Shown one piece after another: positions 45,146 through 56,542 of a stretch of DNA of 64,000 nt. This DNA is from Neophaeotheca triangularis (lineage: Eukaryota): the NCBI GenBank assembly GCA_054600435.1, contig BAAIJX010000028.1, forward strand, positions 62,001-126,000, read 5' to 3'. How positions within the stretch are numbered: the first letter of the stretch is position 1; each line of letters begins with the position of its first letter. Made by a program: the position numbers and the translations under genes. The notes below the pieces were generated by a model that did no database searches, was not told the origin of the DNA, and was given only the letters and a program-made list of their open reading frames with translations.

Positions 45146-47012
45146 CGGCGGTTGTGATGGTGAGATTTGCAGGCAATGAAATATATTATTTGCTCTGCTC
45201 GCTGCATTAACTCAAGAAGCCTCAGCTCTACTCGCTTCATACATGATGAGCAAAGTACAGCTTCATCCTTGAATACTTTCACTGGCTGGCTTATTACAAG
45301 CTATACGCACGAGACAAGCCGACGGATGAGCGTTGAGAAGATACTAGGAAGCTGTTATATTAGCGGGATAATAACCATGAAACTTTTTAGTGCCCTACTT
45401 TCTACCTTTAAACTGCGTGTACTTACCATCGGCGACCTACACTCCTACGGAGGAAACCCCTGAACGTTTTGATGTCTTATGATCGTCCAACATATCGGTA
45501 TACCTGTTTCCGCTCTGCACCTAGACCAATTCCTTACTACTACTACCACCACCTCACACCACTAAACAAGAGTGCAAACAGGGGACAAACGTCTCATGAC
45601 ATTCACGAAGGAAAAGCTGAACGCCCTCTTCCTCCACCGAGGAAGGAAACGCCATTGCCGTATGGTAATCTAGACGATCATAGATTCTACTGACGAAGTA
45701 AGCTCGCTAGTATACGAGCTGATGTATGATCGCATGATGTTGCTGGCACTTACAGAACAGCTTTACTCACTTTTAGCAACACTTAGAGGTCGGAGCAGTC
45801 GATCTTGAAGTCTTCGATGCTAGTTTATCAAGGAAGGTGACTCTCTTGACAAGGAATTATATCCGAATAACAACGACTTACTCAAACAGTATCGAAATAC
45901 GGCCGGTGCCTGTCATGTTAACTTCGAAGTTCGCACTCGAGGCGTCGAAACCGTCGCTGCGCCGCCAGCTTTGAGGGCCATGGGATGGATTGCGAACGTC
46001 GGTTAGCCATCATGCTAATATCTATGAGTTCTTCGGTGGAATGTGACCTGCACATCACACATCCTAGGGGAGTACGGGATGTGTCAGCCATAGTGATGGT
46101 TTCTTCGTCGAGTGGCGCCATCGTAGAGTTCCCAAAGCACCGAGAGCCGGGATACGAAGCGGACATGGCCTCAAGAACCGCTATTCTGACGGACTTAAGG
46201 CTTACGGTCGGGGGAGCGTTCAATGCTCATATTCGTATTGACTTCTACTTCCGCGAAGACAGATAGACGTGAGGAGCGGTAAGGGTTTAGAGAAGACTTG
46301 GTGCTGAGTCCAAAGCTTACTATTGAGGCGATAGGAAAATGCTCGTCGTCATCATAGAGCCGGATTATCATCGAACTTTCAAGTCCATAGCTGTTCGAGT
46401 TAGGCTCCAACAAGTATCAAGCCCTCCCCGTCTGTTTTCGATAGCCGCACGATTAAAGTTTGCGTCCTTAGTGGCTCGATTCTACCATTTCTATCGTAGC
46501 GAACGAGACAGTGAGGCTTCGAAGTTGATAGAATGCTAGCGAGAGAGAGTCGGCATAAGCATAGATTACGAGGTTCACGAACGCCGAGAACCAAGCTCAT
46601 TTGTTTTCTACTAGGTATCTTTTGATGAAGAGAGGCGTTCTCCCGAGCCAAGTATAGCGCTCTTGGCAAAGACTGTGCAAGGAAAAGGCGAAATTTTGTT
46701 ATATCCACAATGGAGCCAAACCGTCCCCCGTAGCCATGTTACAAGTGATATAGGATCATACTTGAGGCTCAAGGGACCGTGTAGACATTCAAGTGAAGTT
46801 CTAATCTTCTGACTAAGGCGAGCGGAACCCCGAGCTCCCGCGCATGCTTATGTCATCATTGAAGGGTTCGTGTGCCTGCCTCATTGGAGCTTCGACTTCA
46901 GTAACCAGTACCGACCTCCTTCATATTCCCAACTGAGCTCCACACATTCTCTCAACTGTCTACTTCACTTTTCTCACTCGCATCGACTTCACAACAACAT
47001 CACCGCGCCAAC

Positions 47013-50000
47013 ATGGCGCAAGACGGAGAGGATGATCGCAATCGCGACAGACAGGCGCAAGCACAGAGGGTACTCCTGCATCTCTGCTTCACGCCCTACC
47101 AGATTCACTTCGGCAGCCCGGCATATATGAAGCCAGAGATGCTCGACATGCTTGACAAGAAATGTGTCAAGGCTACGCTCAAAGCCTGTGCGGACAAGAT
47201 TGAAGTGAGGCATGTGATTGGCACCGACGCCAAATTCTGGGTTGAGCTTGGAGGATTGCTCAAGGCCGCCATACCAAGCCTCGAGAGACGCAGCTTTTCC
47301 ATTTGGGACCCCACCAGCGTCGACTACGATAGCACCAGCGGCGCCTTGATCGCAGCCCACTATCCCGGACTGGACAAGGACCTCGAGCGCATCAACGACC
47401 TCGTTAGTATCGCAAGGAATGTTTTTGTTGCTGGGGAGGAGGTACAGAACCTTGCGGCGGAACACAACATCGAGACAGACGTGTTCAGGTTGATCAATTG
47501 CTGTGTCCGCGTGACTGCGAGGGGATTTGACGGCGACGCTGGGACTGGGGATGAAGAAAAGTGGCAGCATGTCATCAACAACTACAAGAAGCTGCTCATT
47601 TCGTGCATTCAGATGCTCAACAACTATGGAGCGCAGAACGAGCACAAAAAGCTTTCGTTGTGGATTGCGCTCTTCGATCACACCTCGCAAACACCTCTCA
47701 CGCAAGAAGACATCCCAGAGACTTCCGGCAGCAGCCTGAATGATGTCCCATCCAACCCAACCGCCGAGCCCGGCCCACCATGCAACGAGCTTGACCTTCT
47801 CTACGCTTACGGCCGTAACCACACCGAAACGATCGACCTGGATGGCGCCGAAGTTTTGTGGGAGGATGACCCGTGGCTGCGGTTCCCTACAAACCTGCAA
47901 GAAGACAAGGACAACCTCCGCGGGAATGGATATACCTACTTCCTTCACTGCAACGCCAGCATGATCATCGAAGACTATCAACTCACAAAGCGTCGTCCTG
48001 CGACTGCTGCAGAGATCCACCTCGACATGCCGACCAGATGGAGCCAGCTTGGGGAAGAGTACGAGGAGATGTGGCATAAGAAGTACGAGGATGCGCATGA
48101 GAAATACCTCAAAGATCTTGCTGTCTGGGAGGCCAAGGTGATGGCTTCACCTAGACATCAACGAGCGAGACAGGCACAGCAGGAGGCAGCCCAAGAAGAG
48201 AGTGAGATTGATCGCTTTTCAGGAGAACTCCCGCCAAAAGCCAAAAAGCAGAGCTTGAACGATGTCATCTCCGAACAACTTCTGCAACCTCGCTCCATGG
48301 TCGCCGACGATCTCAAGATGCTGTTTAGTGCTACCGCTGGGACCAAGATTCTCCGCTCGGGCAAGTACGAACTCATGAAGCGTCTCGAAGGGTATGAGCC
48401 ACGCCATCCCGGAGACCCCAGCCTACCGCCCAGTCGCAACCCGGATTTCGTCACAACCCGCCTACCTGGCCACGACCCTGACGGCGTGATTTGGGAGCGT
48501 ACTCCAAGCATGAGCCGTAGTCCTGATCGCTTGCATTCTGATGACCCTCGCAACATGAACCCCAAATACCCAAGCAGAGAGACCCGTCGACTGGCGAGAG
48601 AGGCAGGTGCCATGCATATCGCGAATGCTCCTGGACGACCTGCTGACGAGGAGCCTTCTGAGGAAGAGGAGAGTGAAGAGGAAGAGGAAGAAGCTGACGA
48701 TGAGGAATATTCTGGCTCTACCGAAGACGGCCGCGGCCTTTTGACGGATGTGCCTCTTATTCTTGGACCCAGTGAGATTGAAGTGCTACCGATGCTCGTT
48801 ATGAGCGGCATCACCACGCCTGAAGTTCAACTGGCCGAATGCAAGAACAGAGGGGAGGAGAATGCACTCATCAACATGCATACCGTTCGCTGCCATCTAC
48901 TCCTTGCTCAAGACAATGGTCGCAATCTTCTACGCGAACTCCTCATCTTTGTCGCTGCCTGGGACTTGCGCGAGGAGGAGCTCTATTTCAAATTCATGGT
49001 GAAGATCATGGAGGCAATCCTTCAGAACGGTCTGATGCCCTACGCTTACCACGCCTTCCGCGACCGCAGCAGAAGCAAAGACATCATCAGCCCAGCGCAA
49101 GCCGTCATCATGAAACTTCTCACCAACATCTTCCGCGCTAGAAGTGAAGCTCGCAAAGCTGCCGAAGCCGCCGATCCTTCTCTCCGTATGAAACCCAACG
49201 ACGGCGCCAGCATGGAGAATCTGACCCCGTTTGAGCGTGTCGAGCGTCTTCTCAACCAGAAGCATACTCCGAATGTGCCTCAGCGTGTTGATTTGCATAT
49301 CCTCAACTTCATCTTTACCGAGTTCAGGCAGCACATCATCCCCCAGACATGCGCACTCATCTTCTTGCAAGGACAGATCCACCAAGGTCGAGCATCACCT
49401 GAAGACTTTCCACTCAACCTTTGGGACATGGAAAGGATGTATGAGGGCGTCTATCAATACCTCGAGTTCTTTGCCGTTTTGACCGAAGAGGGTGTTTGGA
49501 AGGAGGTACTTGGAGGGTGGGAGGTTGCAAGCGAGCTCGTCACTTTGCTTCGTGAATTGGAAGCCGGCATCCCTAAGATGGGTGGTCAAGTTGCGCCGAC
49601 GAGGCGTGCTGCTGCTCAGCCTGCTCCTCCCGTGCAGCAACCAGTGAGATCCGCCAGCGACGACGCAACTACAAGAGGCAGGGATCCCACTCCCGTCGCA
49701 GTGGAGCGTCCTTTTGATGTCGAGTCTCCCGAACCCACGCTACCGCCTCTCCCACTGCCAGTCCCTGCATCTACGCCAAACCAAATCTTCGAAGCCGAGA
49801 CACCTCTCGCGTACCCAGAAGACACCCAAGACGAGCCTTCTGACTTTGAGTGGCGCAACCTGAAAAAGCTTACTGTCCTCGTACTCTCTTCCCTCATCTG
49901 GAAGAACAAGCTCGTCCAAGATCAAGTGCGCAACTTCCAAGGCCTCTCCACCCTCGTCTCCTGCTGCCGTCCAGACGATCACAACCCCTACATACGCGAA

Positions 50001-51013
50001 CACGCCATTATGTGTCTCCGCTTTGCCGTTGAAGGTAATGAAGAGAATGCAAAGGTGATTCAACGCATGGCAGGTCTCCGTCCGGAAGTTGAAGGCGGTA
50101 CAGTCACACTCGCTGGCAGCGGCAGCACCGGCAGTCACCATGGCTACGAGCCAGAAGTCCCCCGTGAAGTCCTTGATACCAACGGCTACGAGACTTTTAT
50201 GGACGTCAAAGGCCAAGTCGGTCTACGGCGCAAAGCCGACAGCGTCAAGGTTGGTATCCTCCTCAAGGCAACGTCCAAACTACTATCCAAAGCTAACACG
50301 GATCAAATGAACAAAAGCCCGAAATATCATCTGGACAAGCTCCCCTCGGTCTTCAGCTACGACAGGCACCAGCCCATCAAGTTCAAGTACCCTCAATCCC
50401 CTCCTCTACCCCCATCCAACACACCGCCACCACCGTTGGAGCGAAGGCAGGAACACTCCCCTCCTCCTCCACCACCACCTCCCCCTCCTCCACCTCCCCC
50501 GGACTCCCCTCCCCCACCTCCACCTCCAGACTTCCCTCCACCTCCGGACTCACCTCCACCTCCACCGCCTCCGGGCTCCCCTCCTCCCTCCCCAACAGCA
50601 TATTAACCCACCCAACCCCTAGCTCATCATTTTCTGGGAATACTACGAACTCAACCCACGAACCCGACACACTCCCCGCTACTACCCACAACCAGAATAC
50701 CCAAAATTCGACAAAAAAACCCAACGCCGTATTCACACCTACCATTGGAAACGAAACAACCAAGCAGTTCTCCGCCTCCTTACCCGGGGCGGTCCACCCC
50801 GCTCAGCACCGCGACCAACAACGTCTCACGACTAAACTTACCGCGGAAAAGGCTGCCGAATTAATGCAGAATGCGCTGAGGGATTTGCCATTGGGGGATA
50901 AACTTGTTACCGATCGACAAAAGGCTGAGGCGTTGGCCAAATTGGATCGAGCTTTTGAGAGTACGGAAAAGGCTTTGGGTAGGGGGTATGGGGGTGAGGG
51001 GAGTAGGAGATGA
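47013..51013 (+). CDS. Ataxin-10-domain (Ctr86-like) protein; probable intron 50250-50317 giving ~1310 aa
   Basis: Ataxin-10 motif QDQVR...CRPDDHNPYIREHAIMCLRFAVEGNEEN. Splicing GTTGGT...GCTAAC...AAG opens a frame ending in the protein-like helix LTAEKAAELMQNALRDLPLGDKL...RR*. Confidence 0.8.
50457..50592 (+). repeat. CCT/CCA-rich low-complexity repeat (poly-Pro in one frame, Ser/Thr-rich in another)
   Basis: Degenerate (CCTCCA)n arrays punctuated by GGACTC-like units. Confidence 0.8.
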
Positions 51014-52015
51014 GTTCCAAGGAAGTGGTTTTCTTTATGTGGATTGAGAGGGTTTTTCATTGTTTTCACTTCTTGAGGGGGTTTTAATTGCGAATGGCGT
51101 GGTTCTGAGAGGTCTACTTTTCTCGAGTAGATTCGTTTTCATGGTGGATCGACGGCATTACTCTCTTCTTCCACAAGGCGGCATTTTCAAGGGTGTTGGG
51201 TGACACGGCACGACGAGAACGACTGCTACGATGGCATGGGCACTGTATCTTTAGTTTCTGTTTTTCTTCTCTTCTCTCCCTTGGTGATGGGGGGGGGGGA
51301 GATGTGTATCATAAACTTTCGTCTCCCGCTTCCTTCTTCATCTAGACCGGTTGTGTTTGACCCCTTCTTTGAAATGCGATGACCGGTTTTGTGGACACTG
51401 TACTGGATTTGTACGATAATGCGAAAGAAAAAGGGGGTTTAGCAAGATTAAACGCCTCGGTGGAACAGATAAAAGCTGTCCTGAGATTTTCTTGGTTTTC
51501 CCCTAGGCGAGCTGGGAGGAAGGAGTATGAGCTTCTGTTCTTTTGAACTGTGGAGAATGAGTAACAACGACGGGAAACGAGAGAAAAGTGTCAAAAGCTA
51601 GAAGAAAGAAAAGATAAAGGAGGTCTTGGCTCCTCCCACCATTCGAACATGGGACTTTCTCTCTGGACCCGGCAGTCAAGCCCGTAAAAGCAGCGGGAAG
51701 AGAAACTCTGGGGATTTGAATCGAAGAATTATTTTCATTGTTGGATTGGTTGGTTTGAAGCCGGGACTAAGTCACCCAGCGGTATGTCTCGAGACGAACC
51801 CTCAAGCTCCTCCACTCTCTCCTTTGGCTTGATAGCTTGGTGAGCGTACGTGACGTGACTCTTGTAGATTAGGATCGAGAAGCGCTGACTATTGCGCTTA
51901 AAGCCCCGGGTGCGTAGTACACCTTTTTGCTATAGACGTGAGAAAGGTGGAGGTGTGGATATAGTCTTGATTCATCAATCTCTTTTTAATTCCAAGCTTT
52001 CGTCCAGCTCATAGC

Positions 52016-53257
52016 TTACTTCCCTCCCAGCACAGCCTGCACAGCCTCAATAACACTCGCATGAACATCCCTCGGCGCGGCAATCACTCCCTTATTCCTG
52101 GACAACGTCCTTCCCTGAGAGAAATCCAACCTCTTTCCTTCGACATCCGTAACCTCGCCCCCGGCCTCCCTAACGATCAAATCTCCTGCCGCGTGATCCC
52201 AGATCTTCTCCACATAGTCTTTCTTGACAGGCAACCGCAAGTACAAGTCTCCGGCACCTCTGGCGATACTCCCATATTTGGCTTGCGAGTCCATGCGAAC
52301 CGAGGGTTTGGTGATGCCGAGCTTGTTCGCGATCTGAGCGGCGTCGGATTGGGAGGAATGACCGGCTTCGACGGATTCACAAAACGTGGCGTCGGCGATA
52401 CGGGAGAGAGGGGCCATGGAAATGGGGGTTTCGGGGGTGAGTGCGCCTTTGGATAGGGGGCGGGAAGTTGCGCCGGAGTTTTGGACGGCGGCGAAGAGCA
52501 CGCCCTTGCCCTCTGCGTCACTGGCGTCGGCGCCGGTGTTTTCGGTCAGGGGTTCGGCGTCGCTGACGGGTAGGTTGGGGCAGCCTAGTACTCCGACTTT
52601 GACGTCGCCGTCGATCATTAGACCCAGGCAGACGGCGTATTGGCCCCCACGGAGGAAGCCTTTGGTACCGTCGATAGGGTCGATGGCCCAGATTCGCCCG
52701 CTCGCACCGCCTTTGCTTTGCCCTTGGTCGAGAACTTCCATCATGTGGTTTTCGTCTTTGATAGAACCTCCCAATTCCTTCTCAGCACTGTCATCTTGGA
52801 GTCGGCAGTTCTTGACAAGCTCCCAGACGGTCTCGCGCAGCTCTTTGTTTTCGCGCAAGTCCTTTGCTTCTTCTTCGGCAACGATTTCGTCTTGGGGGAA
52901 GTTTGCTTTGAGAGCGGCGATGATGAGAGCTTGAGCGCCGAAGTCGCCAATGGTTACGGGGGAAGCGTCGAGTTTGGTTAGTGTGTTTTTGGCGTGCGAG
53001 TTGAAGACGGTTTTGGTTAGAAGGGTTGCGCGTTGGACGGCTAGGAGGGCGATTTGAAGGTCGCGGGTATGGTTTGTGGAGGACATGGTGGTGGTGATGG
53101 TGGTAGTGAGCGGGTTTGATGTGTTTAGGGGGAGGTGGTGGGCGGTGAGTTGGCGGAGACGAGGGAGGAAGTTTGTAGTTGTGAGAGCCAGGATGAGGAT
53201 TGAGAGGGACAAGAGTGTGAGGGATGTAGTTGTGGAGGTAAGACGATGTGGTGGCAT
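52016..53257 (-). CDS. MET22: 3'(2'),5'-bisphosphate nucleotidase; second in-frame ATG at 53086
   Basis: Motifs SPVTIGDFGAQA, AEE, WAIDPIDGTKGFLRGGQYAV, DSQAKY and EKIWDHAAG. Confidence 0.95.
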   Translation of the reverse strand: MPPHRLTSTTTSLTLLSLSILILALTTTNFLPRLRQLTAHHLPLNTSNPLTTTITTTMSSTNHTRDLQIALLAVQRATLLTKTVFNSHAKNTLTKLDASPVTIGDFGAQALIIAALKANFPQDEIVAEEEAKDLRENKELRETVWELVKNCRLQDDSAEKELGGSIKDENHMMEVLDQGQSKGGASGRIWAIDPIDGTKGFLRGGQYAVCLGLMIDGDVKVGVLGCPNLPVSDAEPLTENTGADASDAEGKGVLFAAVQNSGATSRPLSKGALTPETPISMAPLSRIADATFCESVEAGHSSQSDAAQIANKLGITKPSVRMDSQAKYGSIARGAGDLYLRLPVKKDYVEKIWDHAAGDLIVREAGGEVTDVEGKRLDFSQGRTLSRNKGVIAAPRDVHASVIEAVQAVLGGK

Positions 53258-53979
53258 TGATACGAAAGCGGTGAAGCTTGGAAGTTGAGATTTTTGTTTA
53301 TGTTAGCACGTCAGCCGAGGGGTTCCAGGTTGCCCCGCTACCGTAAGGTAAGGTACAGTATCTAATCACACAGTGGGGGAGGGGTGTTTGCTTTGGATGC
53401 CTGATTGGTGAGGCTGCAAGAGAAGAGGTAAGACGAGCAGGCAGCCTGAGGCCATGAAGATCTTGCCGTACATCTTCACAGGTGGAGATTACTGCCGAGT
53501 GAAGCATTGTACATATATGTAGGTACCCAAGGTGTATTGAATGGATATATACTACTGTACTGTCGTCTGTCGTCGTATACTATTACTATTCAAATAACTT
53601 GGTACAGTCTCTTCATCTATCTTTACCAACACGGCCCGTCCCAGATGTTGCGCAATGTAACGCGCGCCTCCACTGTGTCCGCACTTCCATTTGCTTCATC
53701 AGACACAGCCACACCTGATGACTACCTACCTCCTAATGGGTGTACCTACCGCGGGAGCCTCAGCCTCGTCCTCGTCGTCGTCGTCGTCCTCGTCCACGTC
53801 TCTTCTATCCACGACACACTATCACATCAAACTCGACGGATCACCCGGCAATGCTTGCTCTCGATTCTCCATACCACATCAGTAGGTGCCGCGAAGCGCC
53901 TTGAACTTCTTTTTCATATCCGCCTCGTCTTCTACATCTAGACCATCATCCACCTACACACTCCCACTTCCTGCCTACC

Positions 53980-55578
53980 ATGCTAGATGACAACCTCCCA
54001 ACCTTCTTCCTCAAACCCCACGGCAAAGCCAAAGACTCTGCACACCAACAACCCGTCTACTTTTCCTTTGAAGGCAGCGAACCAAGCCCAACCTACACCA
54101 TCCAACATGGCAACACCCCCAACGCCTACGCCCTTGGTCTCTTCGACTCCTACAACCCAGACGTCCTCTACGGCGAAGTCCTAGCAAAACCAACATGGAC
54201 ACACCCAACTCTCAATGCCGAAGACATCCGCGCCAACACCCCCCTCCAACCCACTCTCCCCTCCTCCTTCGACGTCCAACTCTACGAACCCGCCCAAACC
54301 GTCCGCATAAACATCAAAGAAGGCAAATGGGGCGGCAGCGACAGTTACGAATTCTCCGTCCCAGAAACCTCCTTCCGCGTCCCCTCCGCCAGCGTCCTAG
54401 ACCACTCTCAATCCGGGCCAGCCGAGTTGGAAATAACTCCCCGTCTCAACTTTGTCTGGCGCAAAGAATCCAAGCTGAGTCGTGATCTAACCTGCTACAT
54501 GACCGGCCGCAGCACCGACAGCCTGACAGCCATGAAACAAAAACGCAGTAAACGAGACCCAGACATCGCCGTAGCCCTGTGGCGACAATTACGCGAACTC
54601 ACAATCTATGAACCCAATCTCCAACGCATGGAACTCGAAGATCCGAAAGGGTTTGAAGTCGTCTTACTTCTGAGCGCAGTAGTCATCAAAGACTTATACA
54701 TGACGAGCAAAGACGTACGGCAAACTTTCAACATCACGTCAGACTCGAGTCGTAAACTCTCCTCCGGCGGCCGCAAACTCTCCAACCCGCCTCCTCCCAC
54801 CACCGCGCCGAAACCCCCGCACCTCCAGCGTCCACCCCAACCTTCACACACCTTCCCTCCCGACATCAAACACGCCCCACCCACCGCACCATCCCGTCCA
54901 TCCATACCCACGGCCTCCTCCCCCACCCCTCTCGACCCCGAAACCGCCAACATCCTTGCGCAAACCGAGCACGAAGCCACCCAAGCGCGTCAATCCCGCG
55001 AGCGAGCCGAAGAAGCCGAAACGCAACGTCTTCGCGCCATGGTAGAAGCCGAAGCACGGGAGGCCGAACGGAAAAATGCCGAACTCGAGCGGGAAACACA
55101 AAGATTACGACGGCAATATGGCGTGCAGTCGCTGCCTACGGAGAGACGAGGGGGCCAGATGAATAGTGGAAGACATAGACATCACGGTGGTGGTGGAGGT
55201 GCTGCGGGTTATGGTGCTGCTGGGGGGAATTACTTGCAACCTATATCTCAGGGTAGACCGAGTCATCCTCAGCAGTTGTCGAGACCGGCCGCCAGACCTA
55301 GTGCAGCTCAATCGACGCCAAAGTTGGGGAGTAATGGCTTGTACTCACAGCCCTCTGCTAGTGCAAGTGGGTTGGTAATGTCTGGCGCGAATGGCCCTGG
55401 TTCTGGTGGTAGTTCTGGTGGGGAAGGGAGGATGGGGAAGAAGAAGAAGAGTTTTTGGGGTCTGAGCTCGAGTTCTTCTAGCTCGAGGGGTGATGTTGCC
55501 AGGGAGGATGAGGCAGGTCTTGGGGTGGACGGCAGTGGCAGGAATCGACTGGCGAAGAAGGGGAGTGCCATGTGGTGA
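53980..55578 (+). CDS. Hypothetical fungal protein (532 aa): globular N-half, Pro-rich linker, coiled coil, KKKSFW tail
   Basis: Long ORF with good start context (ACCATG) and biased codon usage. I cannot assign a function. Confidence 0.8.
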   Translation: MLDDNLPTFFLKPHGKAKDSAHQQPVYFSFEGSEPSPTYTIQHGNTPNAYALGLFDSYNPDVLYGEVLAKPTWTHPTLNAEDIRANTPLQPTLPSSFDVQLYEPAQTVRINIKEGKWGGSDSYEFSVPETSFRVPSASVLDHSQSGPAELEITPRLNFVWRKESKLSRDLTCYMTGRSTDSLTAMKQKRSKRDPDIAVALWRQLRELTIYEPNLQRMELEDPKGFEVVLLLSAVVIKDLYMTSKDVRQTFNITSDSSRKLSSGGRKLSNPPPPTTAPKPPHLQRPPQPSHTFPPDIKHAPPTAPSRPSIPTASSPTPLDPETANILAQTEHEATQARQSRERAEEAETQRLRAMVEAEAREAERKNAELERETQRLRRQYGVQSLPTERRGGQMNSGRHRHHGGGGGAAGYGAAGGNYLQPISQGRPSHPQQLSRPAARPSAAQSTPKLGSNGLYSQPSASASGLVMSGANGPGSGGSSGGEGRMGKKKKSFWGLSSSSSSSRGDVAREDEAGLGVDGSGRNRLAKKGSAMW

Positions 55579-56542
55579 ATGGGGTTCCTTTCTTGGTTGC
55601 TGGGTTAGGCGTTGGGGTTGGGTATTGGACGTCTACTTCGCTGAAACGGGGTTTCGGATGTGGTACTACTTGCGGTGATTGCCAGTGTTATGCTCTGCGC
55701 TCTACCTACCTTCTTGCACGGAGCTGAAGCGATTGGACGCGGATTCTGTCATTTAAATAAGACGGGCACACTGCACCCCACTACTCTCCGGTTTTTTCAG
55801 GCGAACCGATGGAGATGGATCACGAAACCCGCAGCAACGGGAGCATTTCGTCTGGATGGGCGTTCTTGCATGCACGGGTGCATCAGGTTTTCCTTGGTTT
55901 ACTTTGGATACCCGTACGAGCGAGCTTTCTCTTTTCTTGCGCTTTTGTGGTTTCCTCAGGGGAGGCTGGGTGGTTGTCGTGCTCTTTTGGACGTGGCACG
56001 TCCGGGTTAGATTAGGTGTCGGGTTGTCTCGCAAAAGCAAGACCTTTGACTTACATACTACAAGTCATCTCCGAAAACTATCGCTAACACATCCAACCCC
56101 TCTCCCAGCCTACAAACCCGCCTATCTCCCCGCACGTGACTGCCTTCAACTTCATCTCTTGGCGGCCAGCCTCCAGCTCCAGCTTGCTTGGCCTCGCGTG
56201 CCGCTAAGTAGACCGTGCATCAGTACTTCACTGCCCGAGTAAAGATAGGTCAGATAACAGATCCGACCTTGTTCGTTCTGGGAAGGTGACAAGATATCAT
56301 TTCGCCTAGAAATGGTCTTGGATATCTGCTGAGAACAGGTTTTCTACACCTTGTCCATGCTAGATTGCTTTTACACTCGGCTAGACTTGAACAATGTTTG
56401 CTTCCCGCTCGCGTGGCTGGGTATACAACAGTAGTATGCGAATGCAAGGTACGATCGAGAAGCAGCATATAAACCATGGCCTCCCCTAAGGTAGGAAATA
56501 CTCGCTATCCTCGTCCATCCATCCATCCGTTTCACCGCCAAA

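Noticed and set aside
51610..51850. Hairpin-rich segment with GTTCGAAT and GAGAAAGTCCC words resembling a Pol III B box or RNase MRP/P motifs
   Set aside because: No convincing A box or matching P4 partner strand, and it lies between convergent 3' ends. An Rfam scan would settle it.
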